Shown piece after piece: positions 12,291 through 25,888 of a stretch of DNA of 37,871 nucleotides; the first letter of the stretch is position 1; every line of letters starts with the position of its first letter. Both the position numbers and the translations under genes were made by a program. Under the pieces are notes generated by a model. The model was not told the DNA's origin. It saw nothing but the letters and a program-made list of their open reading frames with translations, and did no database searches. The DNA lies in NCBI GenBank assembly GCA_002633005.1, contig NMRA01000575.1, forward strand, positions 51,870-89,740. The letters run 5' to 3'. This DNA comes from Phoronis australis (lineage: Eukaryota > Animalia > Phoronida).

Positions 12291-15200
12291 AATGCAGACA
12301 ACTGTACACGAATAGGAGTCTTGGCGATATACATGTTCACTTTGTAAGAACATGTGTCGTGTGTTAAGCTGGATTTATATTCTGAATGTTACATGTAGGA
12401 ACGGACATCTGCTGCAGTTGGAATAGGTCGTCCAGTAACGCTTCCACAACGAAACCATCATCCGTGACATCCCACTGTATACTCCTAGCCGACCGGTCGG
12501 ATGAAAATTCGTGATGAGTGCTACATGTACTCATTAACAAATCCAAATCTAAAGAAATCGCTAACGGCGCAATTCATGTAAATACAGTTACAAGTTATTG
12601 GATGTTTGCCCTTAAACAGGTTTAGAGTTTAACAGCTAGATAGAGTTAAAGAGCATCGAAGAATTCCATCATCCGACCACTGCGTCCGCTTTTTGTATCT
12701 GTACATTAAACAACAACAGTGTCAGACAACACTCTAAAATTTAAACAAGTAAGTAATTAACAGAATATAATATAAAAAACAAGAAAACAACGTTACAAGC
12801 CGAAGAGTGAGGTATTGATTGAGTTCAGAGTCCTGGCGATAACCGCAAATCGCTGAAGTGAACTGGGGTGCAGGGCCTGGGCTTTATTATGTTAAAGGAA
12901 TCATGCCCCAGTAAAGCACACTATGACAACAGTTTTAAAACAAAATGAGTTCTAAATCAACAGTAGTGTATTTGATGGCCAAAGGCTGGTTTAGTGCCAC
13001 ATCAAGGATATGTAGCATATTGCTTAGAAATTCTAAAAGTATTTTTCAATATTCAGTACCTGTGTGAATGAACTGCTTGTCTTCGTTTCTAGTTCCCTTG
13101 GAAATCGAGATCTTGCTTTTATATGGCAGAAAAGCATGAGTTCCAGCCTGGAAATGTGTTTACTATTATCAACGATCAAAAGTAAAAATCGGTCACTGAA
13201 ATATAATCTCCCTCCGTGATTAGAGCACTTCCGTTTGTACCCGAAGTCCTTTCATTCAGAGTCGCCATCACATTCCATCAGCGAGGTGTTCATAGCATAG
13301 AAAGATGATACAAAAAGCGAAGGCATGCGTAATTTTGATCCTGTGAGAATTGTGGATTTGCGTGCAAACGGCCGTTCAGAACAAGTACACTGTAAACTAG
13401 GTGTTCCGTGACGATGTGCGATTTTATGTTCCATTGCTTTAAATTGTATATCGTCCACAAAATCCGTGGAGTACATCAGTAATTCGACATTTCACTGTAT
13501 TGATGTTGCTCGCATAATTTTTGTTATTACTTTTAGTTGGTTTCTTGATATCAGTGACTTTTTAAGTTAGCGCGTTGATATCGTGCAGGATTTGCAGCAA
13601 CTGGGTGTGATGCTTTCCCACGCCCATGTGAAATTTAATAAAAAGAAAAGGCATGGACACCGCTTTATGAAGTTTGCGTACAGACGCAGATTAAAAATAT
13701 CCCATCATCATGACGTCGGTCGTTAGTGTTAAGTTTGAATATTTAGACATCGCAGAGTAAAAACAAATTACATTGCACAGTATACGCTATCGATATCTAC
13801 TGGGGTTATAGCAGAGTACTTGCAAATTATTTTCTAACAAGTGTTATATTTATGCAAATAGCTTTCATCTGAACTGAGGAGCACGAGTTATTGAAAACGG
13901 CTCTGTGTACTTCATTGAAAGTTTTCAGTCAATTTCAAATACGCTGTCTAGATTCTTATTGTCCAAGTGTTATTGAACTGTGCGATAGACGAACACGACC
14001 ACTGCTTTTTAACAAAAACTCTCAATCCCGCCTTACATTTTAAAAGTTAATTTGGGGTAGAATGTCATCTAAATCAGTAATCGAAATTCTTAGCAACGTT
14101 TTTAAGAGACATTAAAATGTTTCATTAAGTCGAGGGTTTTTGTACTATGAACGCACCGTTATGTAAAAACAAATAGAGACTTACATGTAAAAGATTTGCA
14201 CTGTTATGATAACAATGACTCGTAAGTATTAAGTGCAATTTATAAACCTTGACCTTTCTTCTCTCAAAAATTATATACATTTACTGGTTTTTGTCAGCGT
14301 GGACATTATGGCAATTGACTTTGAAATAACGTTCTAAATTAATCTGCTACATAATTTTAAGTGAAATCTTAAATCTGATGGTAACTTATTTCTCAGAAAT
14401 TTGCGTTCACAATCTGGCTTAAACAAACTATCCGTACGATTCACATGTGTCATACTCACCAAATATTCATTGCGTCGTCAACAAATCAGTTGACAACTCA
14501 AGTTTTTAATTGGTATATAAAGGTTATCAAGTTGCTCTTAACTATTTTTTTTTATTTTAATTGTGTTTTGGTAGATTAAAAAGATCAAACCTTCCGTATC
14601 TGCAGAAGAATACAGGAACAAGTTAGCACTACCTGATCAGTGACCTGATGTCACGCTGAGCTTATTACAAAAAACATATAATTGTGACTGAAATTTTAGC
14701 GTTTGAAAACTAAGAAATGCCAATTGTTATGCTAGTGACAAATCTGGAAATATTTTAAAAGGCGACATGTTAGTTGTATTGTTAACCGCCAGCGCTTGCT
14801 GACTGCCTGGGTGTTTGAACAATGGTGCAGTTTGCAATCTGCAACGTTTAGCCAAACTGTTCACAAGTCACCTAGCGTATCTGCATGGATCCAACCTACC
14901 TTATAATCGATAAATTTTGGACTGAGAGTTGGGCCTATTATGGGAATTCGTAAAAAGGACGTTTAAAGACAAAATAAAATCACCAAGCATTCTTCTTGAA
15001 GAAACATTCTTTACTATTAATTATGCGCGTATATGTTAGGCATATGACTGAATCTGACACGCGCTGTATGCTTCTTACTGACACATATTTCTATCATTGT
15101 TAGATCCATCTGACGTCATGTTGTTGAAGCCGCATACTTATGTCGTATCCAATCTCTCAATCAACCCGCAAAGCGTGCTTCGGATACAGTGTACGAGTTT

Positions 15201-16784
15201 AGTACCAATAAAGTAACATTCATTTTTGACATAAATGTCGAACGTAAATGAGTGCGTCCCAAGGTAAATTTCCAGAGATGAAATAGAGGCTGGAAGAAGG
15301 TAAAGTTGGTCATTTACATGTATTATGACTGAATAATATTACAATACAAATATTGTTAAATCATGATCACAACAAGTATAATATTTGGAATGACGATCGA
15401 CAAAAAAGATAAAATATGAATATTTGAGGGATTCTTCACAACACCCTCGACCCCCAAACCCATGACCCAAAATCCACCAGACCTGTGGCTTTTTTACCAT
15501 TCGAAATCATTGTACATGGCTAAATGACTTTCCCATAAGAAACACCTACACGAAAGTCTGCTAAAGTCTGGTGGTTGAAATCAGAAAGTGATATGAGATA
15601 GCTAATTGTGAGCGTGCTATCTTTATCACGGAAATATCTCCACAAGCTGTCACCAATCGCCCTGTTCTTCTAAACCTAAGGAGAGAGTACGTTAACGGGA
15701 ATGGACATAATTTCACATGTTTATCGTTTACTTACTGTTCTATACTGCTGCACAATATACTGCATGTAACTCTGAGATACTTTTTGGTTAACTTGTGTTT
15801 TTCTCAATTTCTATTTACTGAAAAAATTACATATATGTCGGTTCCTCGCACTCTCCCAAAAGACGTTGAATCTTCCATTCACTGAAGAGCAGACGAGACG
15901 ATTACCATTTTCCGAGAACTGCATTTGCAACTCCAGTAGGTCGCATTGTATATAACTTGTTTTGGCTTTCACACTTGCCGAGTCGACCCTCGTAAAAAAG
16001 AGAAATGCCAGCCGATTTCAGGGCCCGACTCGTCCTTTAAGTCAGCGCTTGTTTTATGTTCAGATGGAGTAGAGCTTGTGTAGATGGAGTGAAGGGAGTT
16101 GTGAGTTGTGGGTCGAGAATTTCGTTGGGATGGTATTCGAGTAGGTTTTAGAACAATTCCTATAAGAATTTGTAGTTGAATTAAATAATACAACTGTGGG
16201 TGAAGAAATTAACATTCTCAAGAAAAGGTGAACTGAACCCTTGATTTTGCAAACAAAAGAACATCCCTTTAAGTACACTGGATATCTAAGGGAATTCAAC
16301 TAATCCACGGAAATACTAGTGAACTGATCAGTATCATCAACTGAATTATGACACAGTAAAAATGCCCATGAGAGCGTCAGACCATCACGTAAAAGGGATT
16401 AATAGGAACATGTAACAGTCGGTCAAATGAAATTACTTAAAAAGTGAAACATATAAGAACGTCATGTGTTCCAAAATCAGTCCGTCCTCTTACATGTAAG
16501 CAGAGTAGAAGTTGGTGAATTAGATTTTTGTCAATTTCCGAAGTTTTCTGCTGAATACATTGACAAAACAAAATCCCCATCATTGTTTTTATGAAATGCA
16601 TACGTCCAGCTATCATTTCTTACAAGTTTAACAGCAGAGGGTGTTGCTGGTGTTGCCTATGTGTGATCTGCACAGTTTGCTAAACCTTCAGCGTACAATG
16701 AATTGAGTCTGTGGTGATAAACTAAAGGAAAAAGCAAACATGCACACATTTCTGTTACAGTATTTAAGTCATTCACATATTGTA

Positions 16785-16786
<2 letters not shown>

Positions 16787-16822
<36 letters not shown>
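16787..16822. repeat. (AAT)12 microsatellite
   Basis: Read directly. Confidence 0.95.
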
Positions 16823-16823
<1 letters not shown>

Positions 16824-16869
16824 GGCCAAACATGCAACCATGTCAGAGAAGTTTGAGTACTGGAGTAAA

Positions 16870-17760
16870 GCGGTTATCTCATACGGAGCTGGACTTTCAA
16901 TCAACGGAAAAGCAACATCAGATTTGGGAATGAACAATAGCTCAAATATCAACTGGACAATGTCAAAGCTGTATACAAATCATATCTTTTGACCAGTACC
17001 ACGACAAAATTTCCACCAAATTCCAACAGATATCCGTACATGTATAAAATTAGAAGAGTCTGACACAAATATGTTTAAGCTTGTATAGTACATGTATAAT
17101 GTTAAAATGTTCACTAGGCACCTGAAGAAGAAAATTAACAACATTAATGTTTTACTTTGGTTAAAGCATTGTCTCAAGTAAATATTACCGTTCCATAATT
17201 TGATGTTTATGAGAAATAAAAATGCTGCTCCACTGTGAAATGGTTATAAATGGATAGTGACATTGGTGAATATACTGCGTCATTATGGATGTGCTCAACT
17301 CCCTGGAGCCTTTCATGAATATTGTGGAATGGTTCAACTGCCCGAAGCCTTCAAGGAATTAAGTCATTGACGGTGTCACCGAGGAAGGGGTTAGGAGGCA
17401 TTGAACAGTTCCCACAGGGGTTTGCCTATCAGAACACACGTCAATGGACTCTTCACCCTTTCTTCACTCTCTCAAAAACAGCATGCAAATAAAGAAAAAT
17501 GTTGAGTCATTTCACACCACAAGCCCAACAGATGAGCACGGGAAGTTTGTCCTCTCCTGTGTTTTTGTCCCTTTCACTCCCAGTGGAAACCAAGCTAGAC
17601 TAAGAAAATTAAGGGCAAACAATGCAAAATCGGCATTTTCACCCCAAAATCACCACTTCCCTGCCGATGCTCGACTGCATTATTGCAACAGGGGCCCACC
17701 ATCTTGAAGAAGAGTGCAGCTACAGCCAAGATAGTGACCTTTTTAATTGTTAACAAATAC
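16870..17760 (+). mobile_element. Possible decayed LINE fragments (RT C-terminal and endonuclease-like motifs)
   Basis: SINGKATSDLGMNNSSNINW (cf. ING...KDLGV...S.L.W) near 16900-16960; HTTSPTDEHGK, LDCIIAT and SD near 17510-17745. Fragmentary. Confidence 0.25.
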
Positions 17761-18259
17761 AAACAAACCACATTCACCTGGCCTATATACAATACCTAAA
17801 TAAAAATTGCCCCAAGCTTGGCCCAACCCCAGATTTTAATAATTTGGGAGTTCAAACTGGCCGCGGCCGCAGTCCAACTGTTCAGGGCCACCTTAACTCC
17901 AAGGAACCTTTCATTCGATGAAGAAGTATATTTATCTACGTTTTAAATACCAAAAGCGACGCCCCCACTAAGCGCATAAACTAAAATAAAACTGAATAAA
18001 TAACAATACTGATTGTCACCTCGCTGTCAAAATCAACCAAAGGTAAAAGCAACTGTTTTAATTCCAGGTGCCAAACTGTTCTCTTAGACATGGAACAGTT
18101 TATAAATGCATAATTTCAGACGAAGATTCACGGACATGTGTAGTTAAATATCAATGATGTGAACGTATTGGATCACATTGTCAAAGGGCTGCTTGGTGTC
18201 ACGGCCGAAAGTTATCGCCCCCTGTACGGTTGTATTCCATCAGACCAATACAGCGAACG

Positions 18260-18303
18260 CTAGGTCAAGTTGGGACTGGCGTTAGTGGCTGGGAGATCCA
18301 CAC
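18260..18303 (-). CDS. Probable terminal coding exon, (G)VDLPATNASPNLT*
   Basis: Strong acceptor ttttttaaaaattgcag|GT. A phase-1 join reaches TAG at 18260-18262; all three frames stop within 45 nt. Confidence 0.55.
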
Positions 18304-18604
18304 CTGCAATTTTTAAAAAAATGCAATTAACAAAATGAAACAAATATTGCACAACCTTTGTCAATTACAAGCTTAACATGTTGCGGTAAATCTCATCCAT
18401 AAAACGTATTGTACTTTTCACCGCGATGCATACTCGGTTTTATGTTTCTTAAAAAATAGCAATTCTGGGAATGGAAAGTACGTTTATTTGCATTTAAATG
18501 AGATACTCACACTCTACATTGATTCTTTTCAAACAAATAAGAGACAACCATAGCTACTCACAAGAAGCCAATACATGAAAATATTTCAAACCCTTGCCTG
18601 ATAC

Positions 18605-18777
18605 CTAGTGCATTTATAGCACGTGACAGTCCTTCCACTCGACCCTTCAGTTGGTTCAAATTGAGCACGCCAAGCATATCGATTAAGTTTCTATACTCCC
18701 CACATTTAATAATCTCTTGCTTCTCGAACTGGTCTAGAAGTTGCAAAGTGTCTGTTATTTTCTCTAGTTGTGCTGGT
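18605..18777 (-). CDS. DED exon 2 (173 nt, phase 2->1), PAQLEKITDTLQLLDQFEKQEIIKCGEYRNLIDMLGVLNLNQLKGRVEGLSRAINAL
   Basis: ttattttcag|A ... CTA G|gtatca. In frame with exon 1 (WIK-PAQLEKI). Fits DED helices 3-6 (LEki.s.ldLf..LE.qg.i...nl..L.elL..i.R.DL). Confidence 0.8.
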
Positions 18778-19817
18778 CTGAAAATAACAAAACATTAACG
18801 ACCACGTCAATCGAAAATCAAGCCTGGAGACTGCCCATATACATGTACATGTACTTGTAAGTCTGATTAGGAACGGTTCGTTAGAACATTTAAACTTAAA
18901 TTTCAGTTACGTACGTCTACATAATTCAGCGCGCTATGACGACTGTGAGATTGAGAATCAATTTAATGTTGACAAGAACGGTTTCCTTATTATTTAATTT
19001 ACGTTATAATACCCACCCTAGGTTGTTAGTAGACTCCGAAGTCTAAATTTTGTAATCAATATCCATCGCAACCGCACTTTTGTAATTTTCTAGTCCACCT
19101 TATGCAAGAAAATGGTCTAATATTATACGCAATGGCGAAGGTGGGTATCTGTCTAACCTGAGATTGCACTTCATGAAACTATCACTGGGGTTTAAAAATT
19201 TGAGTCTAAACTCGAAATCTCNTGACAGTCCTTCCACTCGACCCTTCAGTTGGTTCAAATTGAGCACGCCAAGCATATCGATTAAGTTTCTATACTCCCC
19301 ACATTTAATAATCTCTTGCTTCTCGAACTCGTCTAGAAGTTCCAAAGTGTCTGTTATTTTCTCTAGTTGTGCTGGTCTGAAAATAACAAAACATTAACGA
19401 CCACGTCAATCGAAAATCAAGCCTGGAGACTGCCCATATACATGTACATGTACACTGTCTGATTAGGAACGGTTCGTTAGAACATTTAAACTTAAACTTC
19501 AGTTACGTACGTCTACTTAATTCAGCGCGCTATGACGACTGTGAGATTGAGAATCAATTTAATGTTGACAAGAACGGTTTCCTTATAATTTTATTTACGT
19601 TATAATACCCACCCTAGGTTGTGAGTAGACTCCGAAGTCTAAATTTTGTAATCAATATCCATCGCAACCGCACTTTTGTAATTTTCTAGTCCACCTTATG
19701 CAAGAAAATGGTCTAATATTATACGCAATGGCGAAGGTGGGTATCTGTCTAACCTGAGATTGCACTTCATGAAACTATCACTGGGGTTTAAAAATTTGAG
19801 TCTAAACTCGAAATCTC
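18624..19817. repeat. About 597-bp near-identical tandem duplication split by n at 19222; includes a truncated second copy of DED exon 2 (19223-19376)
   Basis: 18624-19221 vs 19223-19817 differ by a few SNPs and indels. Likely haplotype overlap. Confidence 0.9.
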
Positions 19818-20519
19818 GACATTAAAGTCGATGTCATAATTTGAATCTATTGTCCGTTATAGGCGAACTTGTACTAAAACATAATTTTCACAGAAAATAC
19901 TGCACAAAAAATGAAAGTAATTTCGAATTCACACTAAAGGAAATGAGAAAAATCGAGTTCATAGGCGAGAAGAACGTTTACACGCGGGCCAATACGATAT
20001 TTTGTAGCAAGATTGGGACATGTGACACGTGTCAAAGGTATTCCGGAAGTAACGGATAAAATAAGAGCAACGTGGAACGTTAATCTGCACCAAGTGTGAG
20101 CTTTGCATACCATGCATGTCATTATTTCAAACACTCTCACTAAATAGAGCTGCAACCTAGTAAATTCACGTGCAAAGCAAGTCAGGAACACGTCCTGCCA
20201 TTTTTATGATCCTGCAATAAATTTGGTAAAGGGAAGCAGTCCACACAAAAATTGCGGAAACGATACAAGGGGGGAAGAAGGGTCAAATCCATCTGAAACA
20301 GACATTGTGTTGTTGTATACGAAATTACAATTTAGTTGCACGATTTCAGGAACACCCATCTAAGAACTAGGTACATGTAGATTTCAATATATATTCATAG
20401 AAAACAAGTATAGCTAGCGAACCCGGCAGTAGTGAGATTTGACCCAAATTTCACGTCACGTGTCTCTCTCCAGTAGATGCCCTTGCCAACTTTTGTGATG
20501 ATCCACCAGGAAACTAGTA

Positions 20520-20900
20520 TTGGACGGCACAGTTTTAATGTTGAAATTGTCGTGAGAGGGTGCCATATCAGCCGGACCCAGTTTAAATTCCAGCCGGACC
20601 TAATAGGAACACTTATACCAATTTTCAGAAATATCTTTACAGTGGTTTGTCCAATAGATAAGGGGCTGAACACACAGTCTCGTGGTAATAATATGGTCAC
20701 TATGTGGCATACAGTGAGTCCAATATATCTTAAAAGGTGTTAATCTGGTCTCTCTAATAAAAACTAAGTCTCTATGCTTTATGAAAACCTTTCCAAGAGC
20801 TCCCATTCTGGGGAGTAAATGTAAACAGCATAAAATAGGGATCACAACGGTAAGTGATACCCTCAGGAAATAAAAGTTATCCGTTGTTACGTTCTTAGAA
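20520..20900 (+). mobile_element. Possible highly decayed Penelope-like element remnant
   Basis: KTFPRAPILGSKCKQ...SDTLRK resembles the F...P.la..R..NL.D.L linker before GIY-YIG. Many stops. Confidence 0.25.
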
Positions 20901-20954
20901 ATAGAAAAACAAATTCGAAAACTTCCTACAAGACATTTATGATCCGAAACAACG

Positions 20955-22551
20955 GCAAACCAAGGGAAAAATGCAACCGCAACTTGGGGGTGACTCAGTA
21001 ATTGGAGCTTTCCGAAAGACACCGTTATGTATGACCTTCTGAGTAGCAAAACATGGACCAGTTTTCGCAATGAACCTTAGAGCAGGGATATTGGAGACGT
21101 ACACCAACAAGCAGACTCGAAATCAGGTAAAAAGGCCAATAGGTGGCGGAAATCAAAGGTCGCATGTGATGGGTTCAACCGGAAGGTACATCATCAGCCT
21201 AAAGGAAGGAAGTGACAACGACGTCACACCTCATTACTTGAACGGTTTAATTGGACCTGTTAATGGGGGAAATCTAATCTAGATCAAGATCATACGTGTA
21301 ACCAGAAGACGTCGGTAACGATGAAAGAAGGCAAAATCGAATCGGCAATTAGTGATAGCTGATGACATCAGGTAGATCAGTGGTGGAAACAACCACCATC
21401 CAGAGGTTCTAAAAAGATGTTGGATGTGTTTGCAGGTTCAATTACGCATGCTTCATAAACATTGTCACGTCACTGCCACTTGATTACGGTAGGCGGATGG
21501 TGCCCCTCCCGTTTGCAACCAACACACATTAGCTTTGATCTTTCACCATTTACTGATGACGTAGGCCACTCTAACAACTCATTAAACTATTTAGAAGTGT
21601 TTTCATTGACAATGTATAACTTGGACTATCTACCACTCAAGATTTTTTAAATAGTAGAAAAATGACAGTCAAATGACATATTTCTGACACATCAAATATG
21701 CAGACTGGTGTAAGAGAACAAAGTGTTGAGAAAACAAAACTTGCCATACGANGCAAACCAAGGGAAAAATGCAACCGCAACTTGGGGGTGACTCAGTAAT
21801 TGGAGCTTTCCGAAAGACACCGTTATGTGTGACCTTCTGAGTAGCAAAACATGGACCAGTTTTCGCAATGAACCTTAGAGCAGGGATTTTGGAGACGTAC
21901 ACCAACAAGCAGACTCGAAATCAGGTAAAAAGGCCAATAGGTGGCGAAAATCAAAGATCGCATGTGATGGGTGCAACCGGAAGGTATATCATCAGCCTAA
22001 AGGAAGGAAGTGACAATGACGTCACACCTTATTACTTGAACGGTTTAATTGGACCTGTTAATGGGGGAACTCTAATCTAGATCAAGGTCATACGTGTAAC
22101 CAGAAGACGTCGGTAACGATGAAAGAGGGCAAAATCGAATCGGCAATTAGTGATAGCTGATGACATCAGGTAGGTCAGTGGTGGAAACAACCACCATCCA
22201 GAGGTTCTAAAAAGATGTTGGATGTGTTTGCAGGTTCAATTACGCATGCTTCATAAACATTGTCACGTCACTGCCACTTCATTACGGTAGGCGGATGATG
22301 CCCCTCCCGTTTGCAACCAACACACATTAGCTTTGATCTTCCACCATTTACTGGTGACTTAATAGGCCACTCTAACAACTCATTAAACTATTTAGAAATG
22401 TTTTCATTGACAATGTATAACTTGGACTATCTACCACTCAAGATTTTTTAAATAGTAGAAAAATGACAGTCAAAGACATATTTCTGACACATCAAATATG
22501 CAGACTGGTGTAAGAGAACAAAGTGTTGAGAAAACAAAACTTGCCATACGA
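20955..22551. repeat. About 797-bp near-identical tandem duplication split by n at 21752
   Basis: 20955-21751 vs 21753-22551; twin 70-aa ORFs in the track. Confidence 0.9.
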
Positions 22552-22562
22552 CGCTCACTGGT

Positions 22563-22765
22563 GTGCAGGCTATGTTGGAGCCTCGAAAACTGGCCAAATT
22601 TGCCTTTGGAACATGAGTGATCGGATCCAACAATGAAGTGAAATGAGTACAACAAAAATGTTACGAANGTGCAGGCTATGTTGGAGCCTCGAAAAATGGC
22701 CAAATTTGCCTTTGGAACATGAGTGATCGGATCCAACAATGAAGGGAAATGAGTACAACAAAAAT
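22563..22765. repeat. About 97-bp duplication split by n at 22668
   Basis: gtgcaggctatgttggagcctcgaaaa at 22563 and 22669. Confidence 0.85.
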
Positions 22766-23821
22766 ACTAAAGAGGTCCTCGTCATAGCTGCAGGGTCACT
22801 TAGCTATGCACACTGGTGTTGTATGGCCAGTGACTGTTTAGATTAAGGTACAATAATTTATTACAGGCTCGTTGCAGTTAATATTGACTGAATGAGCCTG
22901 GCGACTGTTTCTGTCACCGTGCCCATAGATGTTGCTTTTGTCTGAGGTGATAGTCAGTCGCAAGAGTCTACGTTGGAGTCCAATATAGAAGTTATTCCAA
23001 TTAGCACAAAAAACCTGACAAAACATCGCTACTGTTTAACAAAGGAACAGGTATCTTCAGTTTACAAAGAGGTTGGAAACCACTTCCAGCTCAATTGCTT
23101 CGTCTATGGAATGTACAAGGAGAGATATTTGACATTTAAATTGAAAACTTCTGGTCACAGTGAAACAAAGAGGAAATAACGGCTACAACTTTACGTGCCC
23201 GCCTTCTTCAGTTTGAAGGTACATGTAAGTTCCTTTTGCAGCAACGTTTATTTGGAAAAATCAGAGTTTAACCACTGGAACGCAACAATTGGAAACTCCT
23301 AACCACGTAACTATTAAAATACTGAGAGAATATCACCCCTTAAAAAAACGTCTATAGGTACGTTGTCAGTAACGATCAAAAAACTAAACCACTTGGTATA
23401 ATCTGTAAAGAACCTTCAAAAAATACTACGCAAGAAGGAGTCATTGGGCATTCGGGACCCGTATGTTGCTGGTTATTTAGAGCTCTGAAGCTATGGTGAT
23501 GACGTGGCATTTCATGTCACTGTTGTTGCCATCATTACACTTCCCGGATGAAACTTGACTGGTTATCGACAGTTGCAGCCGATTTCATCGATGGTTAAAC
23601 AAATCTGGCTTAAGACTGTTATCGGAGAGGAAACTCTAGGTGTTTTTTCTGAATCCACTGCTTAATACGCATTTTATTTCATTTTGAAATTGGTGGTTCT
23701 CGACCGCCTGAAGAAGACGTAACGGTAACTTTAAAGGGTTGCTTAATACGCTCATAATTGTTTGTAGTCACTGTGCAGTAGATGGATAGTTCCTAAACAC
23801 ACAATGTTTTTTTTTTCTTAC

Positions 23822-23933
23822 TTTATCCAGTCTTTACACTCTGCCTTTAGCCTTTTAAAATCACTCTGAATGAGACTATCATCAACCTCACGTAACAGCT
23901 CACGATGAAGTTCCCGCGCTCTATCCGGTACTT
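23822..23933 (-). CDS. DED exon 1 (112 nt, phase 1->2), VPDRARELHRELLREVDDSLIQSDFKRLKAECKDWI
   Basis: ttatttgcag|AA ... ATA AA|gtaaga. Fits DED helices 1-2 (..LL.el.e.L..edl..LKflc.d.I). Confidence 0.8.
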
Positions 23934-25888
23934 CTGCAAATAAATTGACACATTTATAAGCTATGTTAACAGCATCGGTGGTCTGTTTCACTAGTTTGCA
24001 CATTATCCAACGCCGTCCTAGGCATGATATGATTTAGGTACAAGCCCGTAATGTTTTAAAACTTTTTATTCTACTCTTAACAAAACCAGCAGTCACAACA
24101 CCACTAACATGTATTGAAAAGAGGTTTTCTGAACACAGGTGGCTTCACGTCGCACTTAAGTTTAACTAATCCACGAGTATGAAGCATGAATGCAATCCGT
24201 TAAATTCAGCATTACACGGATGCGTCTGAGGCAGTTGCTTGGTCATGATAATTAAACATATTTCGACTGTTTCAAGTGTGTGTTATCCGTTTGATGGTAT
24301 TTTTGCAAAAACTTGCGATGTCAGTGGCAGTTAACTCACGAGACATATTGTTTTTGATAGCCATGTAACTTTAGATTTTCACTGAAAGAACATCTCAAAC
24401 GCTTATTCCAAGTAAACAGATGGAAATAGAGAACACCAATTTAGGCAACGTGTAACTTGTTATAACGTTTTCCTCTGTGATCTATTAAAGTGCAAGTCTA
24501 AAGAACACGATGTTGTACATTTGGTTACATTAGTTAATCATCGACCATGCTCGTCTATTTCTTTGACTGAAATAACCTGAACATATCGTTTGGAACGATT
24601 GCAGAATTACAGCTATAATATTTTGGAAAACGCATTGATACTACTTGATTGAATAACCGTTGGTATTGTGTTTTGGTGTTTTTGGTTCATATTTTGATTC
24701 TTGTTTGTTGTCCAAATATTCATCTATTCCTTTTTACCAGAAGCGCAGCCACCGACAAGTGCCCTGACTCTTCTTGGAAGGCGGCGTATACATGCAAAAG
24801 CATATGGACCCAGTCTTGTGTTATGTTAAAAGGAGAAAACTTTCCTATAGATATGTAAGCTGATATACTTTCTTCATCAACTTAGCGTGAAACGGGAGTC
24901 ACAATACATACATGTATGAAACAGATGTTTTAAGAATTTACAATTTAGCGTATACGACTTTTAATGCTTCGGTGAAAAACTCACAGGTTGGTTGAAATGA
25001 ACACGAAGGGGTGACTTAGAAAACTGTAACATAGCATGAGGCTATCCATCTTGAACACCAAATTTAAACGGAATTTTGCCAGGTTTTAAGAATAATAGTG
25101 TTGCAAAGAATGTGTATTCTTTTGCTACAGTTAATTCAAAAGGCATGGTTACGTGACCGAAATAAAGGCACAAGTTTTTACTTTTTAATAAATCAATGCC
25201 CTTTCACATTAGTTTAAGTATGCTTTACTAATAGTGGTTCATGAAATTAATTTTTTCCGAATAACAAAAATTTTACAATTCATTGTTCTCAAAACGTACC
25301 AATAGACTATAATTTATATAAAAGTGGTGCAAAAGCTTGCCGTTTGGCCATTTGCCCAAAACGGTAGCAGAGTGTATTCTGTTATTTTCTTTGAGTTTTT
25401 AGCCGTTTAGTTCGAAAAATGCCATATAAGCATCGCTATTATAGCAAATGAAATTCAGATTCGCACTACAATACGTTCTATTGCGTTCGATATTAATTTC
25501 GTCAAGTGTATTTTAAACGGGCGGTAGGCGAAATCAGTTTTCACCTCGTCAAAAATACATACTACATCTAAAATTATCACTTAACAAGGCGCTTACTTTC
25601 TTTAGTGATTCTATTCTTTCTGCTTCTAAACATATCTTTGATGAAGCATAACTACGGGAAATCAGGTGACTTTGGAGAAAAATTCTTCTAACTCCACTGG
25701 TAACTTTGACCGCGCGAGAGATAACCACATTATTTCAGCTGAGTCAGGTGAGTATGAGGCAAAGGGTAATGCGAGACTGAGCGAAGCGCGAGACTTGGCG
25801 CGTGACCTGGAGCGTGACACTTGCAAAATAGCATGAGAAAATATCAAGTGAAATTTGTTAGAGTTGTTTCTTTTGGACTTTTTGTTTG

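Noticed and set aside
19223-19376. Second DED exon 2 as evidence of a tandem-DED (caspase-8/cFLIP-like) protein
   Set aside because: It is truncated at the n, has no donor, and lies within a probable assembly overlap. No caspase domain is present in the window.
20600-21070. 156-aa minus-strand ORF
   Set aside because: No recognisable domain or splice support; probably antisense to a decayed retroelement.
21358-21400. Hammerhead-like core CTGATGA-CATCA..TGGTG-GAAAC (also near 22157)
   Set aside because: Stem II can form, but no GUH cleavage triplet with compatible stems I and III was found, and a competing hairpin TGGTGG/CCACCA exists.
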